A DNA stretch of 36,636 nucleotides from a virus. Lineage: Duplodnaviria; Caudoviricetes. Shown one piece after another: positions 1 through 7,862 of the stretch. The notes below the pieces were generated by a model. That model saw only the letters and a program-made list of their open reading frames with translations. It made no database searches and was not told where the DNA came from. The position numbers were made by a program, and so were the translations under genes. The stretch lies in the IMG/VR virus record IMGVR_UViG_3300047463_000117, positions 1 through 36,636 of that record. One strand, written 5' to 3'. Each line of letters begins with the position of its first letter. The stretch's first letter is position 1.

Positions 1-9
1 CCCCCAGGG

Positions 10-16
10 AGGACCC
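10..16 (-). other. cosQ-like packaging termination element (GGGTCCT)
   Basis: The - strand reads GGGTCCT, identical to lambda cosQ, 9 nt from the contig end. The phage has a lambda gpA-type terminase, and terS lies at the opposite end. Confidence 0.5.
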
Positions 17-92
17 CTTCGCTACAGCAGCCTACAGTAGCCTCTAGAACGCACAGTTGCAGCGGAGTTCACGTCGTGCGTCGGTCATGTCA

Positions 93-440
93 TCATCCTC
101 TTGGTGCATGTTGCCGAATCAACTCATTGAGCGCCGCCTGCGCCCTTCCACCCTCATCATCTTCAAAGTAGGCGTGATGGTCGGGACGCATCGCTAATTG
201 CTCCCAAGTCACTTCGGCTGGCGTCCATTCACCTTCTAGCCCATCGCACGAACAATGCGAGGCCGTGACTTCATACAGCGTTCCGTCACGCTGAAACAGC
301 ACCGTTGCCGCACCGCAATAACTTCCGGATCCGTAATAGGCGTATAGAATCTGAGCATCTTGCACCTGCTCAGACGTAATCGAAAATTGCTCATGGACAT
401 CGGCTATTGTTTTGAAATTCTCGAAATATCGCTGACCCAC
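93..440 (-). CDS. Hypothetical phage protein (115 aa)
   Basis: GTG start with strong RBS (GGAGGTG). Contains an SHCSC-GLE motif. Last gene of the early operon. Confidence 0.75.
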   Translation of the reverse strand: MGQRYFENFKTIADVHEQFSITSEQVQDAQILYAYYGSGSYCGAATVLFQRDGTLYEVTASHCSCDGLEGEWTPAEVTWEQLAMRPDHHAYFEDDEGGRAQAALNELIRQHAPRG

Positions 441-489
441 CAGTCACCTCCCCCGCCTTACGACTACTCCCCTTTCTAAAGCGTGTGTG

Positions 490-1023
490 TCACGACGCCA
501 CCGCCTGCCCGTACCGATCCACGAATAGGGACAGTTCGTCTTCGTTCAGCTTCGGGACGAGATCCGTGAGGATCGCTGATAAGCGCCGTTCTTCCGTCGC
601 CAGCTGTTTCAATTCCCGCTCACGTTCGGCCTGGTCCAGTTCGGCGTGCTCATTCACCACGGCGAGGTAGTGCCGCACCTGTTCTCGGCCCGCGAACGCT
701 TTAATCACTTGAAACAAGTCCAGCGATAGCGGACAGCCGCGTCCGCCGTCCTGCGCCAAACGGGCCAACGTCGCTGCCGGTTGTTTGTCCCGCTCAATCT
801 GCGTGCGCCGACGGTGCGCTGCCGCGACTTCGAGTGCCGCTAACACCGGATCAAGCAGCGGGAAGCGTGGCGCACACAGTAACGTCGTCACGGCTTCAGA
901 CCAGTCCTGAATCAGCGCATGGCCGATGCGCCTGAACCACGCCTCGGCTTGTTCGCTCGTGGCGTCGTACTTAAAGCCCCTGCACAGCCGGTCAAATTGG
1001 CCCATGAAGTCCGCCTTCGTCAT
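490..1023 (-). CDS. Replication-associated protein, possible helicase loader/inhibitor-like
   Basis: ATGA overlap with the initiator gene. Occupies the lambda P position. Helical N-terminus (MTKADF...AEAWFRRI). Function inferred from position only. Confidence 0.55.
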   Translation of the reverse strand: MTKADFMGQFDRLCRGFKYDATSEQAEAWFRRIGHALIQDWSEAVTTLLCAPRFPLLDPVLAALEVAAAHRRRTQIERDKQPAATLARLAQDGGRGCPLSLDLFQVIKAFAGREQVRHYLAVVNEHAELDQAERERELKQLATEERRLSAILTDLVPKLNEDELSLFVDRYGQAVAS

Positions 1024-1787
1024 CTCGTGGCCTCCTCACAGAACTGCGTTTTCCAATCCGGTTTCTTGAGTAGTCCATGCGATTTCAAAAAGCGCAATCG
1101 GTTACGGAACGCGGCGGCCCAGTCCTTGACGGCCTGTCCGTTTTTTCGTTTTCCGCCGGTTGAACGCCAGTGGTCGATGAACTCCTCGACGTACTGCCCT
1201 GGATTTGGGATGCCTTCCTTGGCGCTCCATGCCTCCAGTTCGGCTGTTAAGATAAACTGCTCTAACGCACTCCCCTCCTGTGCCGGTGGCACGCCGCCCC
1301 CCGAGGTTCGAGGTTTCGGGATTTCGGGACTCGGGAGATCGGGATTCGGAGTATCGGGAATCGAGGGAATCTGTGGGCATCCGCCCGCATCTGCGGGCAT
1401 CTGCGCTCCACTTTTCACAAGTGGTTGATTTGTTTGAGTTGTAGGGTCAGGGTATTTCGAGTGCTTCGCCCGGCAGTAAATATGCGCAGAGGATGACAGG
1501 ATCTGGAGATACTTCCTGGCCCCTACCTCATAGACGGCAATCAACGGACGATCGCCCGCTGCTGACTTCGTCGCCAACTCCTCCAGCGCACTGGTCACCT
1601 TTTGGACGGTCCACCCTTTCGGTACCCGTTGGAAGCAGGTGGTGAACACCACTTCGGGATCGGCTTCCAACCGTCCGAAGTCATCGACGGCGGTGATCAG
1701 CCGATACCACAACCGCTCCGCCGCATCGGAGAGCAGTTGCAGGCTCGGACTCCGTCGATTGGTTTCTTTCAGATCACGATTTGGCAT
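1020..1787 (-). CDS. Phage replication initiator (replisome organiser-like)
   Basis: N-terminal AERLWYRLITAVDDFGRLEADP motif, Pro-rich linker encoded by iteron-like repeats, C-terminal FIDHW..KDWAAAFRN domain. Confidence 0.75.
   Translation of the reverse strand: MPNRDLKETNRRSPSLQLLSDAAERLWYRLITAVDDFGRLEADPEVVFTTCFQRVPKGWTVQKVTSALEELATKSAAGDRPLIAVYEVGARKYLQILSSSAHIYCRAKHSKYPDPTTQTNQPLVKSGAQMPADAGGCPQIPSIPDTPNPDLPSPEIPKPRTSGGGVPPAQEGSALEQFILTAELEAWSAKEGIPNPGQYVEEFIDHWRSTGGKRKNGQAVKDWAAAFRNRLRFLKSHGLLKKPDWKTQFCEEATR
1304..1445. repeat. Iteron-like repeats and AT-rich patch, putative replication origin inside the initiator gene
   Basis: Clustered TCGGGA/TCGAGG units at about 1304-1370, then GCATC(C/T)GC x3 at about 1377-1404, then T-rich gtggttgatttgtttgagttgt. 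Same layout as ori inside lambda O. Confidence 0.55.
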
Positions 1788-2058
1788 GATAGGCGATGCT
1801 CTCCTTCGTGCGTGTACTGTGCCGACGACGCGCTTGCTGCCGCTGTGATGAGCGATAGAGACAGGTCTTGCAGCACCTTCTGTGCATCATTCTCGGTTGC
1901 TTCCGGCAGTGGGAACACAGGTCGTCAGATGGATGCTCCGCTGCGCCCTCGCGCCCCAGTTCGCGGGTCAAATCCCCTTCACGCCAGCCGCAATTGATGC
2001 AGCGGGTTTCTTCGTGACACGTCTCCAGACATCCTCGACATTTGGGACAGCGTGTCAT
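1774..2058 (-). CDS. Small Cys-rich zinc-finger protein
   Basis: ATG at 2058 overlaps the MTase stop (ATGA). Motifs CPKC..CINC and CSHC..CKTC. Confidence 0.65.
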   Translation of the reverse strand: MTRCPKCRGCLETCHEETRCINCGWREGDLTRELGREGAAEHPSDDLCSHCRKQPRMMHRRCCKTCLYRSSQRQQARRRHSTRTKESIAYHAKS

Positions 2059-2822
2059 AGTGACAACACCTCCTGCGCGAGGCGTTTCGCGGCGATCTCC
2101 GCCCATCGTTCATCCAATTCAATTCCGATAAATTGCCGTCCTAAATTCTTTGCGGCTTGTGCAGTCGAACCTCCACCCATAAAGGGATCGAGGACCACTT
2201 CGCCGCGCTGTGAATGCAGTTGAATGAAATGGGCGGCTAATTCAGCCGGTTTTGGCGTCGGGTGGTCAGTCTTTTGCGGAATAATCTTTGGAATATGACG
2301 AATGATATTCTCAATCCGATCAGTTTCGTCATACCACTTACATGCAGCCCCAGGTTTTTGTGCAACCAGGACCGTTTCGTAACTGCGCCGATAGTGCCAG
2401 CCCATCCCCATCGGCCCTTTGTCCCAGACAACCATTTGCTTGAAGTCGAGGCATTCATCGAGCCAGAGCGACCATCGGGCGAATTGCGGATCAGGACCGC
2501 CGCCTGCGCAGCAGCAGCAGCAGCAGCAGCAGCCTCCATGCCGCAGCATGTCGGCTGCTTGCCTGAAAAACCATCGGACCAGATCATTAGCTTCAACGCC
2601 ATCGTTAGCGATAGGCCGAGCCAGCGATGGATCCGAATCGCAGGGAGGGAGACCAAGGGCGGCCTCCCTGCGATGAATTAAATCTTCGTTGTTGTTGTTG
2701 TGACCATACGGCGGATCGGTGAAAATCATGTCCACCTTCGGCAAGTGCGGCAGAATCTCCCGGCAGTCCCCGTGATAGATCGTGATGCCGTTTTCGTCAT
2801 AGTAGGGTTTCGGTAGGCTCAT
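2055..2822 (-). CDS. DNA methyltransferase, N4-C/N6-A, beta-class motif order, with Cys8 tract
   Basis: GDCREIL, catalytic DPPY, HPTPKP, SAM-binding VLDPFMGGGST, GIEL. Start placed at MSLPKPYY (ATGA overlap) rather than 3098. Confidence 0.92.
   Translation of the reverse strand: MSLPKPYYDENGITIYHGDCREILPHLPKVDMIFTDPPYGHNNNNEDLIHRREAALGLPPCDSDPSLARPIANDGVEANDLVRWFFRQAADMLRHGGCCCCCCCCAGGGPDPQFARWSLWLDECLDFKQMVVWDKGPMGMGWHYRRSYETVLVAQKPGAACKWYDETDRIENIIRHIPKIIPQKTDHPTPKPAELAAHFIQLHSQRGEVVLDPFMGGGSTAQAAKNLGRQFIGIELDERWAEIAAKRLAQEVLSL
2508..2533. repeat. (GCA)8 trinucleotide tract encoding poly-Cys
   Basis: Perfect gcagcagca... run. The - strand reads (TGC)8 in frame with the MTase. Confidence 0.95.
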
Positions 2823-2968
2823 CGCATCGTCACCAGCCAGGCGTTGAGTTGCAGCACAGCGAACCAATAGCCCGCCATCTTCCAATGGCCTTGATAGGCA
2901 TACGCGGACAGCGCCGTGAGGTTCAGGGTCAGGTTCGCGACAATCACATAATCCCCTAAGCGCATCAT
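2819..2968 (-). CDS. Small membrane protein (49 aa; not in ORF track)
   Basis: MMRLGDYVIVANLTLNLTALSAYAYQGHWKMAGYWFAVLQLNAWLVTMR. ATGA overlaps at both ends; RBS GAGGAGG. Confidence 0.7.
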   Translation of the reverse strand: MMRLGDYVIVANLTLNLTALSAYAYQGHWKMAGYWFAVLQLNAWLVTMR

Positions 2969-3261
2969 TCCTCCTCATATCTCCACACGCGGATTTCCCG
3001 TCCGTGGTTGCCAGGAACCGCTGATTTCTGCCGTCCGACCACTTTCCATTTCGCGCCAGCAAACACCGCGCCCCAACAGTTTGGCGTAGCGGGGACAAGT
3101 CCCATGCGGTCCGCCACGATCCGCAGGTTGTCGCTGCTCACAAACCCCGACTCTTGTGAGATCTGCCGAGCGATGTCGCGCATGGTCTGCACAAAATCGG
3201 CGTGATGGTCCTCGATTAAGGCAAGACCCAATTGCTTCAGTTCTTCGCCGGTCTGCGTCAT
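2965..3261 (-). CDS. Hypothetical phage protein, possible winged-helix
   Basis: Coupled to neighbours by ATGA overlaps. Contains PNCWGAVF...HGREIRVW. Confidence 0.75.
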   Translation of the reverse strand: MTQTGEELKQLGLALIEDHHADFVQTMRDIARQISQESGFVSSDNLRIVADRMGLVPATPNCWGAVFAGAKWKVVGRQKSAVPGNHGREIRVWRYEEE

Positions 3262-3617
3262 GGCTGGCCCTCCAGGGTCACTTCCACGCGGGGATCATGC
3301 CGATCCACTGCAAAGCGATGGTGGATCTCCAGCACGTTCACGAACCCGTCATTCGGCAAAACTTTGGCATGGGTGAGCGCGTCTAAGACGAACTTCAGAC
3401 CCACGGCGATGTTGTCGGGATCGCGTTTCGCGCTCGGCTCGAACCACGCACACCGCACAATCGCCCACGGCATCGGCCTCAATTTGGCGGCGAGGATCGA
3501 TTGCGTACAAATCCCGCCCCATTTCTGCTTGAGGCCGGTATAGACCCACCGCGAGCCTTTGCCGGTAAATTCGTTCATGCCGGGAAGTGGTCCAGGGACG
3601 GTAAAGGTTTGTGTCAT
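3258..3617 (-). CDS. rusA: RusA-family Holliday junction resolvase
   Basis: RDPDNI..KFVLDAL...LPND catalytic motif and C-terminal PRVEVTL. An alternative GTG start lies at 3623. Confidence 0.85.
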   Translation of the reverse strand: MTQTFTVPGPLPGMNEFTGKGSRWVYTGLKQKWGGICTQSILAAKLRPMPWAIVRCAWFEPSAKRDPDNIAVGLKFVLDALTHAKVLPNDGFVNVLEIHHRFAVDRHDPRVEVTLEGQP

Positions 3618-3743
3618 ACTCACTCATCGCTTCAGTGTGGGCGGGGCAGTCTTGCGATGGGCCACCCCGCCCGTTTCCCTGGCCAGATCCTACTCAGAAC
3701 CAGAGACCCCCACTGGCCGGATCAGCGGCTCCGGCCGGCCGTA

Positions 3744-4403
3744 TTACTTCGCGGCAAACGCCGCGTGCATATTCGCCAACCACAGATCCACCCATTCCAG
3801 CGCGAGCTTTGAAAACTGCGAGGTCTTCGGCGTGTCGCCCGCTTTGATCGCCGCAAAGAATCGCTCGGCTGGGCGACTCGAATTCGGCTTCAGTAATGGA
3901 ATCTCGCTATATTTACAGTGCCGCACATTGGCGAGCGTGCCCACCATGCAGCAGCACGCACCTTCATACGTCGAGCCATCGATACGACCTTCAGCAATCG
4001 CCGTTCGGAGACCGGCCACTTCAGCGGGAGCCGACGACAGGATGGCCCAGATGTCGTCACGTATCGGCGTGAGGTCTGCGCCCATGAGGTTTGCGCTCGT
4101 GAGGTCTGCGCCACTGAGGTTTGCGCTCGTGAGGTCTGCGCCCCTGAGGTTTGCGCTCGTGAGGTCTGCGCCACTGAGGTTTGCGCCCATGAGGTTTGCG
4201 CTCGCGAGGTCTGCGCCACTGAGGTTTGCTCTCGTGAGGTCTGCGCCCCTGAGGTTTGCGCTCGTGAGGTCTGCGCCACTGAGGTCTGCGCCACTGAGGT
4301 TTGCGCTCGTGAGGACGGCTGCCTCCACCGCCAATTTCAGCGACTCCGTTTCGAGGCTGAACAGCACCGCTCCGCTCCATCGTGATTTAATTTCAAATTC
4401 CAT
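3744..4403 (-). CDS. Pentapeptide-repeat protein with C-terminal domain
   Basis: About 16 A(N/D)Lxx repeats, visible as 15-bp DNA repeats at about 4070-4312. RBS AGGAG. Confidence 0.92.
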   Translation of the reverse strand: MEFEIKSRWSGAVLFSLETESLKLAVEAAVLTSANLSGADLSGADLTSANLRGADLTRANLSGADLASANLMGANLSGADLTSANLRGADLTSANLSGADLTSANLMGADLTPIRDDIWAILSSAPAEVAGLRTAIAEGRIDGSTYEGACCCMVGTLANVRHCKYSEIPLLKPNSSRPAERFFAAIKAGDTPKTSQFSKLALEWVDLWLANMHAAFAAK

Positions 4404-4412
4404 CGTGTTCTC

Positions 4413-5366
4413 CTATTTCTTCTTCACCCGAGCCAAGTGCTGCTCGAAGCACTGCTTGAGCGTGGCCCGATCCGCGTCACTCATCGGCGTTTTCGTCGCC
4501 TGATTCATCACGCCGGAGAGTTCGGCCACCGATTCGGCCAATTCCATGCGCTCGGCTAAGGTCTGGGGGGAAGGAGCATCGGGGCCTTGCTGAGAGGCGG
4601 CACTCGGAGGAAGTGAGTGTGCCCCGCCGTCCTCCTTCCCTTTCATCTTGCCCAACACGCTTGCGGCCTTCTCCTGTGGCGGCGTGGCCGATTTCGCCTG
4701 CGTCGGTTGCGCGTGCGGCATCACTTCCGGCATATCCTCAATGTCCTGCGTGAAGATGTCCGACGCCGCCGTCACGGTGAGCGTGGCACTCACCAAGGCC
4801 CGCTTGTAGGCCATCTTCTCGACCGTGTTGTAGTAATCGGCGGGGTTGTCGTGCTCGACCTTGCCGCCCTGCCGCGCACAGAACCAGGCACCCGTGTCGT
4901 TCTTCTTCGCCGCCATGCCGTCACCGAGCATCGCTTGCGCCTTCTTGGGATCACTGTTCCGCAAGTCCCAATACTCACGGGGGACCGGCTTGTCCGTGAA
5001 CTCGACCGGCCCCGTGCGGTAGCGGTACTTCCCTTCCAGGGTCGAACAGGTGCCGACGCCAGAGCCGAGAAACACGCCGCTTTGGTTGTACAGCTTCACC
5101 TTGCAGCGCACTTCCCGATGGCCGTGCTCCATCGGCAACACCGTCATCTCTGGATCAGCCACGAGGCGAAACGTCATCATTAATTTGTGCGCCCCAGGCT
5201 GGAGCAGCGTGGGCTTGTCGCCGCATCCCGGCACCGTCCCGTAGTGCGTGCCGCTCTGCATCACGTCGCGCATCACTTCCTGAATCAGGTTCACTTGCTG
5301 CCGCACGTCCATCGCTCGCAGCGGAGCCACATGGCCGTTGTTTTGCGTCATTAACTCGGTCGTCAT
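4413..5366 (-). CDS. Putative single-strand annealing/recombination protein
   Basis: Translationally coupled to the YqaJ exonuclease. Motifs HYGTVPG..KPTLLQPGAHKL, KMAYKRALV and FTQDIED, then a disordered linker and small C-terminal domain, as in SSAP architectures. Confidence 0.6.
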   Translation of the reverse strand: MTTELMTQNNGHVAPLRAMDVRQQVNLIQEVMRDVMQSGTHYGTVPGCGDKPTLLQPGAHKLMMTFRLVADPEMTVLPMEHGHREVRCKVKLYNQSGVFLGSGVGTCSTLEGKYRYRTGPVEFTDKPVPREYWDLRNSDPKKAQAMLGDGMAAKKNDTGAWFCARQGGKVEHDNPADYYNTVEKMAYKRALVSATLTVTAASDIFTQDIEDMPEVMPHAQPTQAKSATPPQEKAASVLGKMKGKEDGGAHSLPPSAASQQGPDAPSPQTLAERMELAESVAELSGVMNQATKTPMSDADRATLKQCFEQHLARVKKK

Positions 5367-6313
5367 CGCGCACACTCCTTGGTTGGTTTTAGGAGGAACC
5401 GCCGTCCCCCATGTCGGATCTCTTGCGTCAGACAGGCGGCGTACACATCGGGATAGGTGGCCTTGAGTTTGTCCAGATCGAGCGCGTCCTTCATCGAATC
5501 CTTTGCGCTCTTCCAGGTGATCGCGCCGAACCCCGGCACCACCGCTTCGGACGCATCCCCCATCGCGCTTTTGAGCCGGTTTTCATAGAGTGTGATGTCC
5601 GCTTCGGCTTGCTTGACGACGGCCTTGGCACTGACCAGCAGCCGAGCCGCTTCCACCAATTCCGGCGCGTCCATTGTGAGCACCTTGCCCGTATCTTTCG
5701 GGTATAGGCGCTTCAGCAAGTCGCCGGTCCGGGCGGAACCATCAATCGGTGGGGGATTACCTGTCTGAACACGCTCCCAAAATTCGGCTTCGTGCCGGAT
5801 CAGTTCCGCAATCACGTCGTCATGCCGGTCCACATCGAACCAGACAAACCGCTGGCCCCCGACTAACACCGCAAAGCTGGCCCAGGCGTAGTCATAGACC
5901 GCGAGATAGTGTTGCGCTTGCAGGTAGTAATGATCGGGAATGTCGGCGGCGGTCTGAATGCCGCGTCCGCTCCATTCGTTCGTGGTTTTGACTTCGAGCA
6001 CGCCGGGGCCGCGTGGATCTTTCAGAATTTGCCGGTCGATGTTGGCCCGCATGAACGGATACTCGGCATGGACGGCAGTCGGTTGGCGGCGCACCACCCG
6101 TCCGGTCACATCGCAATAGTGCTGCGCGATGGGTTCTTCCAACAGCGTGCCGAACTTCATGGCCAGGGTTTCTTCCTCACTGGGAGGCGCTTCCCCTCGC
6201 TTTTCTAGGAATAACTGATACGGCGATTTGAACGGCGAGAGCCCCACGACCACTGCCGCATCACTGCCCCCGATGCCCTGCGTCCGTTGATGTCTTTGCT
6301 CGGCGGTCAACAT
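5363..6313 (-). CDS. YqaJ-like viral recombinase exonuclease (lambda-exo family)
   Basis: GIGGSDAA, FGTLLE, ANIDR, LEVKT, YYLQAQHYL. Start at MLTAEQ with RBS AAGGAG. Confidence 0.93.
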   Translation of the reverse strand: MLTAEQRHQRTQGIGGSDAAVVVGLSPFKSPYQLFLEKRGEAPPSEEETLAMKFGTLLEEPIAQHYCDVTGRVVRRQPTAVHAEYPFMRANIDRQILKDPRGPGVLEVKTTNEWSGRGIQTAADIPDHYYLQAQHYLAVYDYAWASFAVLVGGQRFVWFDVDRHDDVIAELIRHEAEFWERVQTGNPPPIDGSARTGDLLKRLYPKDTGKVLTMDAPELVEAARLLVSAKAVVKQAEADITLYENRLKSAMGDASEAVVPGFGAITWKSAKDSMKDALDLDKLKATYPDVYAACLTQEIRHGGRRFLLKPTKECAR

Positions 6314-6329
6314 TGACGGCACTCCTTCC

Positions 6330-6482
6330 TTAGTTCGCTTCGGCTCTGGCAATGAGGGCTCGCGCCTCGGCGAGCGCAGCCTTGTACTCATCCAGCCGTC
6401 CCCGTACCTCTGCCAATCCGACCAAATTCTTTAGCGTTTGCAATAATTCTTCGGCCAGCGCCGTGGACTGCTGTGTCGCCAT
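6330..6482 (-). CDS. Small helical hypothetical protein (50 aa; not in ORF track)
   Basis: MATQQSTALAEELLQTLKNLVGLAEVRGRLDEYKAALAEARALIARAEAN. RBS GGAGG. Fills the gap in the operon. Confidence 0.7.
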   Translation of the reverse strand: MATQQSTALAEELLQTLKNLVGLAEVRGRLDEYKAALAEARALIARAEAN

Positions 6483-6485
6483 AGG

Positions 6486-6659
6486 TTAGTCCTCCTGCGT
6501 CTCCACCGTGATCCGTAACGCCTGCTCGCGGCAGGTGAGCAATTTGGCAACGTCGGCCAATTCCGTCGCGGGAATCGAGAGCTTGACCACTCCGGCCCCA
6601 TCCGAATCAAACCGGATACAACTCGTGCCGGTGATCGACGCAATGAAGGTGATCGTCAT
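6486..6659 (-). CDS. Hypothetical protein (57 aa)
   Basis: Starts MTITFIASI. ATGA overlap with the upstream ORF. Confidence 0.65.
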   Translation of the reverse strand: MTITFIASITGTSCIRFDSDGAGVVKLSIPATELADVAKLLTCREQALRITVETQED

Positions 6660-6799
6660 GCGAGCCTGCCTTCTTCGCGCAGGGCTTCCGCGATAAATTC
6701 TGCCGCTTCCTCCCGGCACCCACGGCACGGCTTGTACCGTTCATGCGCGGGGCACCATTCATCGTCTTCTGGCTCAATCTCGTAATCGGTGATGCTCAC
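6656..6799 (-). CDS. Small CxxH/CxxC zinc-binding protein (47 aa; not in ORF track)
   Basis: MSITDYEIEPEDDEWCPAHERYKPCRGCREEAAEFIAEALREEGRLA. GTGA and ATGA overlaps. Confidence 0.65.
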   Translation of the reverse strand: MSITDYEIEPEDDEWCPAHERYKPCRGCREEAAEFIAEALREEGRLA

Positions 6800-6981
6800 T
6801 GTGCTTTCCCCGCATCCAGCCGTCGTAATAGCGCCTTGGCGCGATTGGTTTGCCCGCTGTTCACCCGTGAGCGGTCCCCTGCCCGTTTCTTGCGTTGCGG
6901 CCAGTCCGAAAGCGGCATGGTTTTCTTGTTGATCCAGTCCGCGCCCGTGTAATAGCGAGCGTTCTTCGTGCTTAGAGCCAC
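6796..6981 (-). CDS. Small basic hypothetical protein
   Basis: GTG start after AAGGGGA. Tiles into the operon. Confidence 0.55.
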   Translation of the reverse strand: MALSTKNARYYTGADWINKKTMPLSDWPQRKKRAGDRSRVNSGQTNRAKALLRRLDAGKAQ

Positions 6982-7208
6982 AACTGGTCCCCTTTCTGCC
7001 GTCCCGGTTTCGTGATCCGCCGTCCGACCGGCGAGCCGGTGAAATCCGGCAGGCCCTTGCAGCAATTGCACACGCGATGATCCAGCCCCGTGCTGTGCAT
7101 CCAATCGTCGCAGCAGAGGCAGCGCCGCAGTTCCGTCGGCAAGGCTCGGAGCATCCGCGCTTTCTTTTCCAGAATGGCCGCTTCTTTTTCTTGGTCTGCC
7201 CGTGTCAT
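6972..7208 (-). CDS. Small zinc-finger protein
   Basis: RRCLCC...HRVCNCCK. RBS AAGGAGG; ATGA overlap. Confidence 0.7.
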   Translation of the reverse strand: MTRADQEKEAAILEKKARMLRALPTELRRCLCCDDWMHSTGLDHRVCNCCKGLPDFTGSPVGRRITKPGRQKGDQLWL

Positions 7209-7489
7209 GGCTGGGCCTCCTTTCCTATGGCCCGTAGCCGCGCACAATCCTCTGCGCTTAAGATCATCCCCGCGAGCGTGGGAAACGCTAACGAGACAGG
7301 GACGGCGTGTGCTCCGGCTAGATCGTTGGCAATCAACGCCACCGCCGCCCAGCGTTGTTCAAATTCAGGCAACGCCTGCACCGCCTGAGCATAGGTGCTC
7401 CCCCACTGGGCAAAACGCTCCGTCTCATAGATCGGCGGACGGGAGCCGCGCAGATCATCAATGAGGACGGTCAGGCAATCCCGCTCCAT
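7205..7489 (-). CDS. Hypothetical protein (94 aa)
   Basis: Starts MERDCLTV with a TAATG overlap onto the upstream stop. Confidence 0.65.
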   Translation of the reverse strand: MERDCLTVLIDDLRGSRPPIYETERFAQWGSTYAQAVQALPEFEQRWAAVALIANDLAGAHAVPVSLAFPTLAGMILSAEDCARLRAIGKEAQP

Positions 7490-7653
7490 TAGCGCAGCCT
7501 CGCAATCCGGCCATTGACGGCCAACCAGAGCACCCAGGCCCCTTTTTGACCCCGCTCCAGCCGCGCTTTGCGCCATTCGTAGTATTCGTTCCAGATGCAC
7601 GCGCTCAACACTGAGGAGACAAACAACAAGACCCCCGCCCCGACCGCTTTCAT
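7489..7653 (-). CDS. Small membrane protein
   Basis: Hydrophobic N-terminus MKAVGAGVLLFVSSVLSACIW. ATGA overlap. Confidence 0.6.
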   Translation of the reverse strand: MKAVGAGVLLFVSSVLSACIWNEYYEWRKARLERGQKGAWVLWLAVNGRIARLR

Positions 7654-7862
7654 GCGAGCACCAATGTGAGCGCGGCCCACACCGTCAGGACCGTTACGAG
7701 CAGCAATCCCGTAACAAACCCCACCACCGGCCCCCAGGTGATCGGCTCAATGGATGGGTCTGCGATTCCAGCGGCGTGCCGCTCGATCTCGCAGAGGTGC
7801 AGGTAGTGATCGCGGAAGGATGAGAGGCGTACATTCGGACGAACACGACGGGTTGCCATCAT
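7650..7862 (-). CDS. Small membrane protein with C-terminal TM helix
   Basis: C-terminus VVGFVTGLLLVTVLTVWAALTLVLA. RBS AGGAGG. Confidence 0.65.
   Translation of the reverse strand: MMATRRVRPNVRLSSFRDHYLHLCEIERHAAGIADPSIEPITWGPVVGFVTGLLLVTVLTVWAALTLVLA

Noticed and set aside
2508-2533. Classic ON/OFF phase variation of the MTase
   Set aside because: A triplet unit cannot shift the frame. Kept only as an in-frame length variation hypothesis.
2823-3098. N-terminal extension of the MTase as given by the ORF track
   Set aside because: It overlaps two better-supported ORFs. The recognisable MTase begins at 2822 with an ATGA overlap.
4070-4312. CRISPR-like or non-coding repeat array
   Set aside because: The 15-bp units have no unique spacers and translate as pentapeptide repeats. 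No cas genes are present.
3559-4503. Long + strand ORF and other alternate-frame ORFs over the pentapeptide gene
   Set aside because: Shadow frames kept open by the stop-free repeat.
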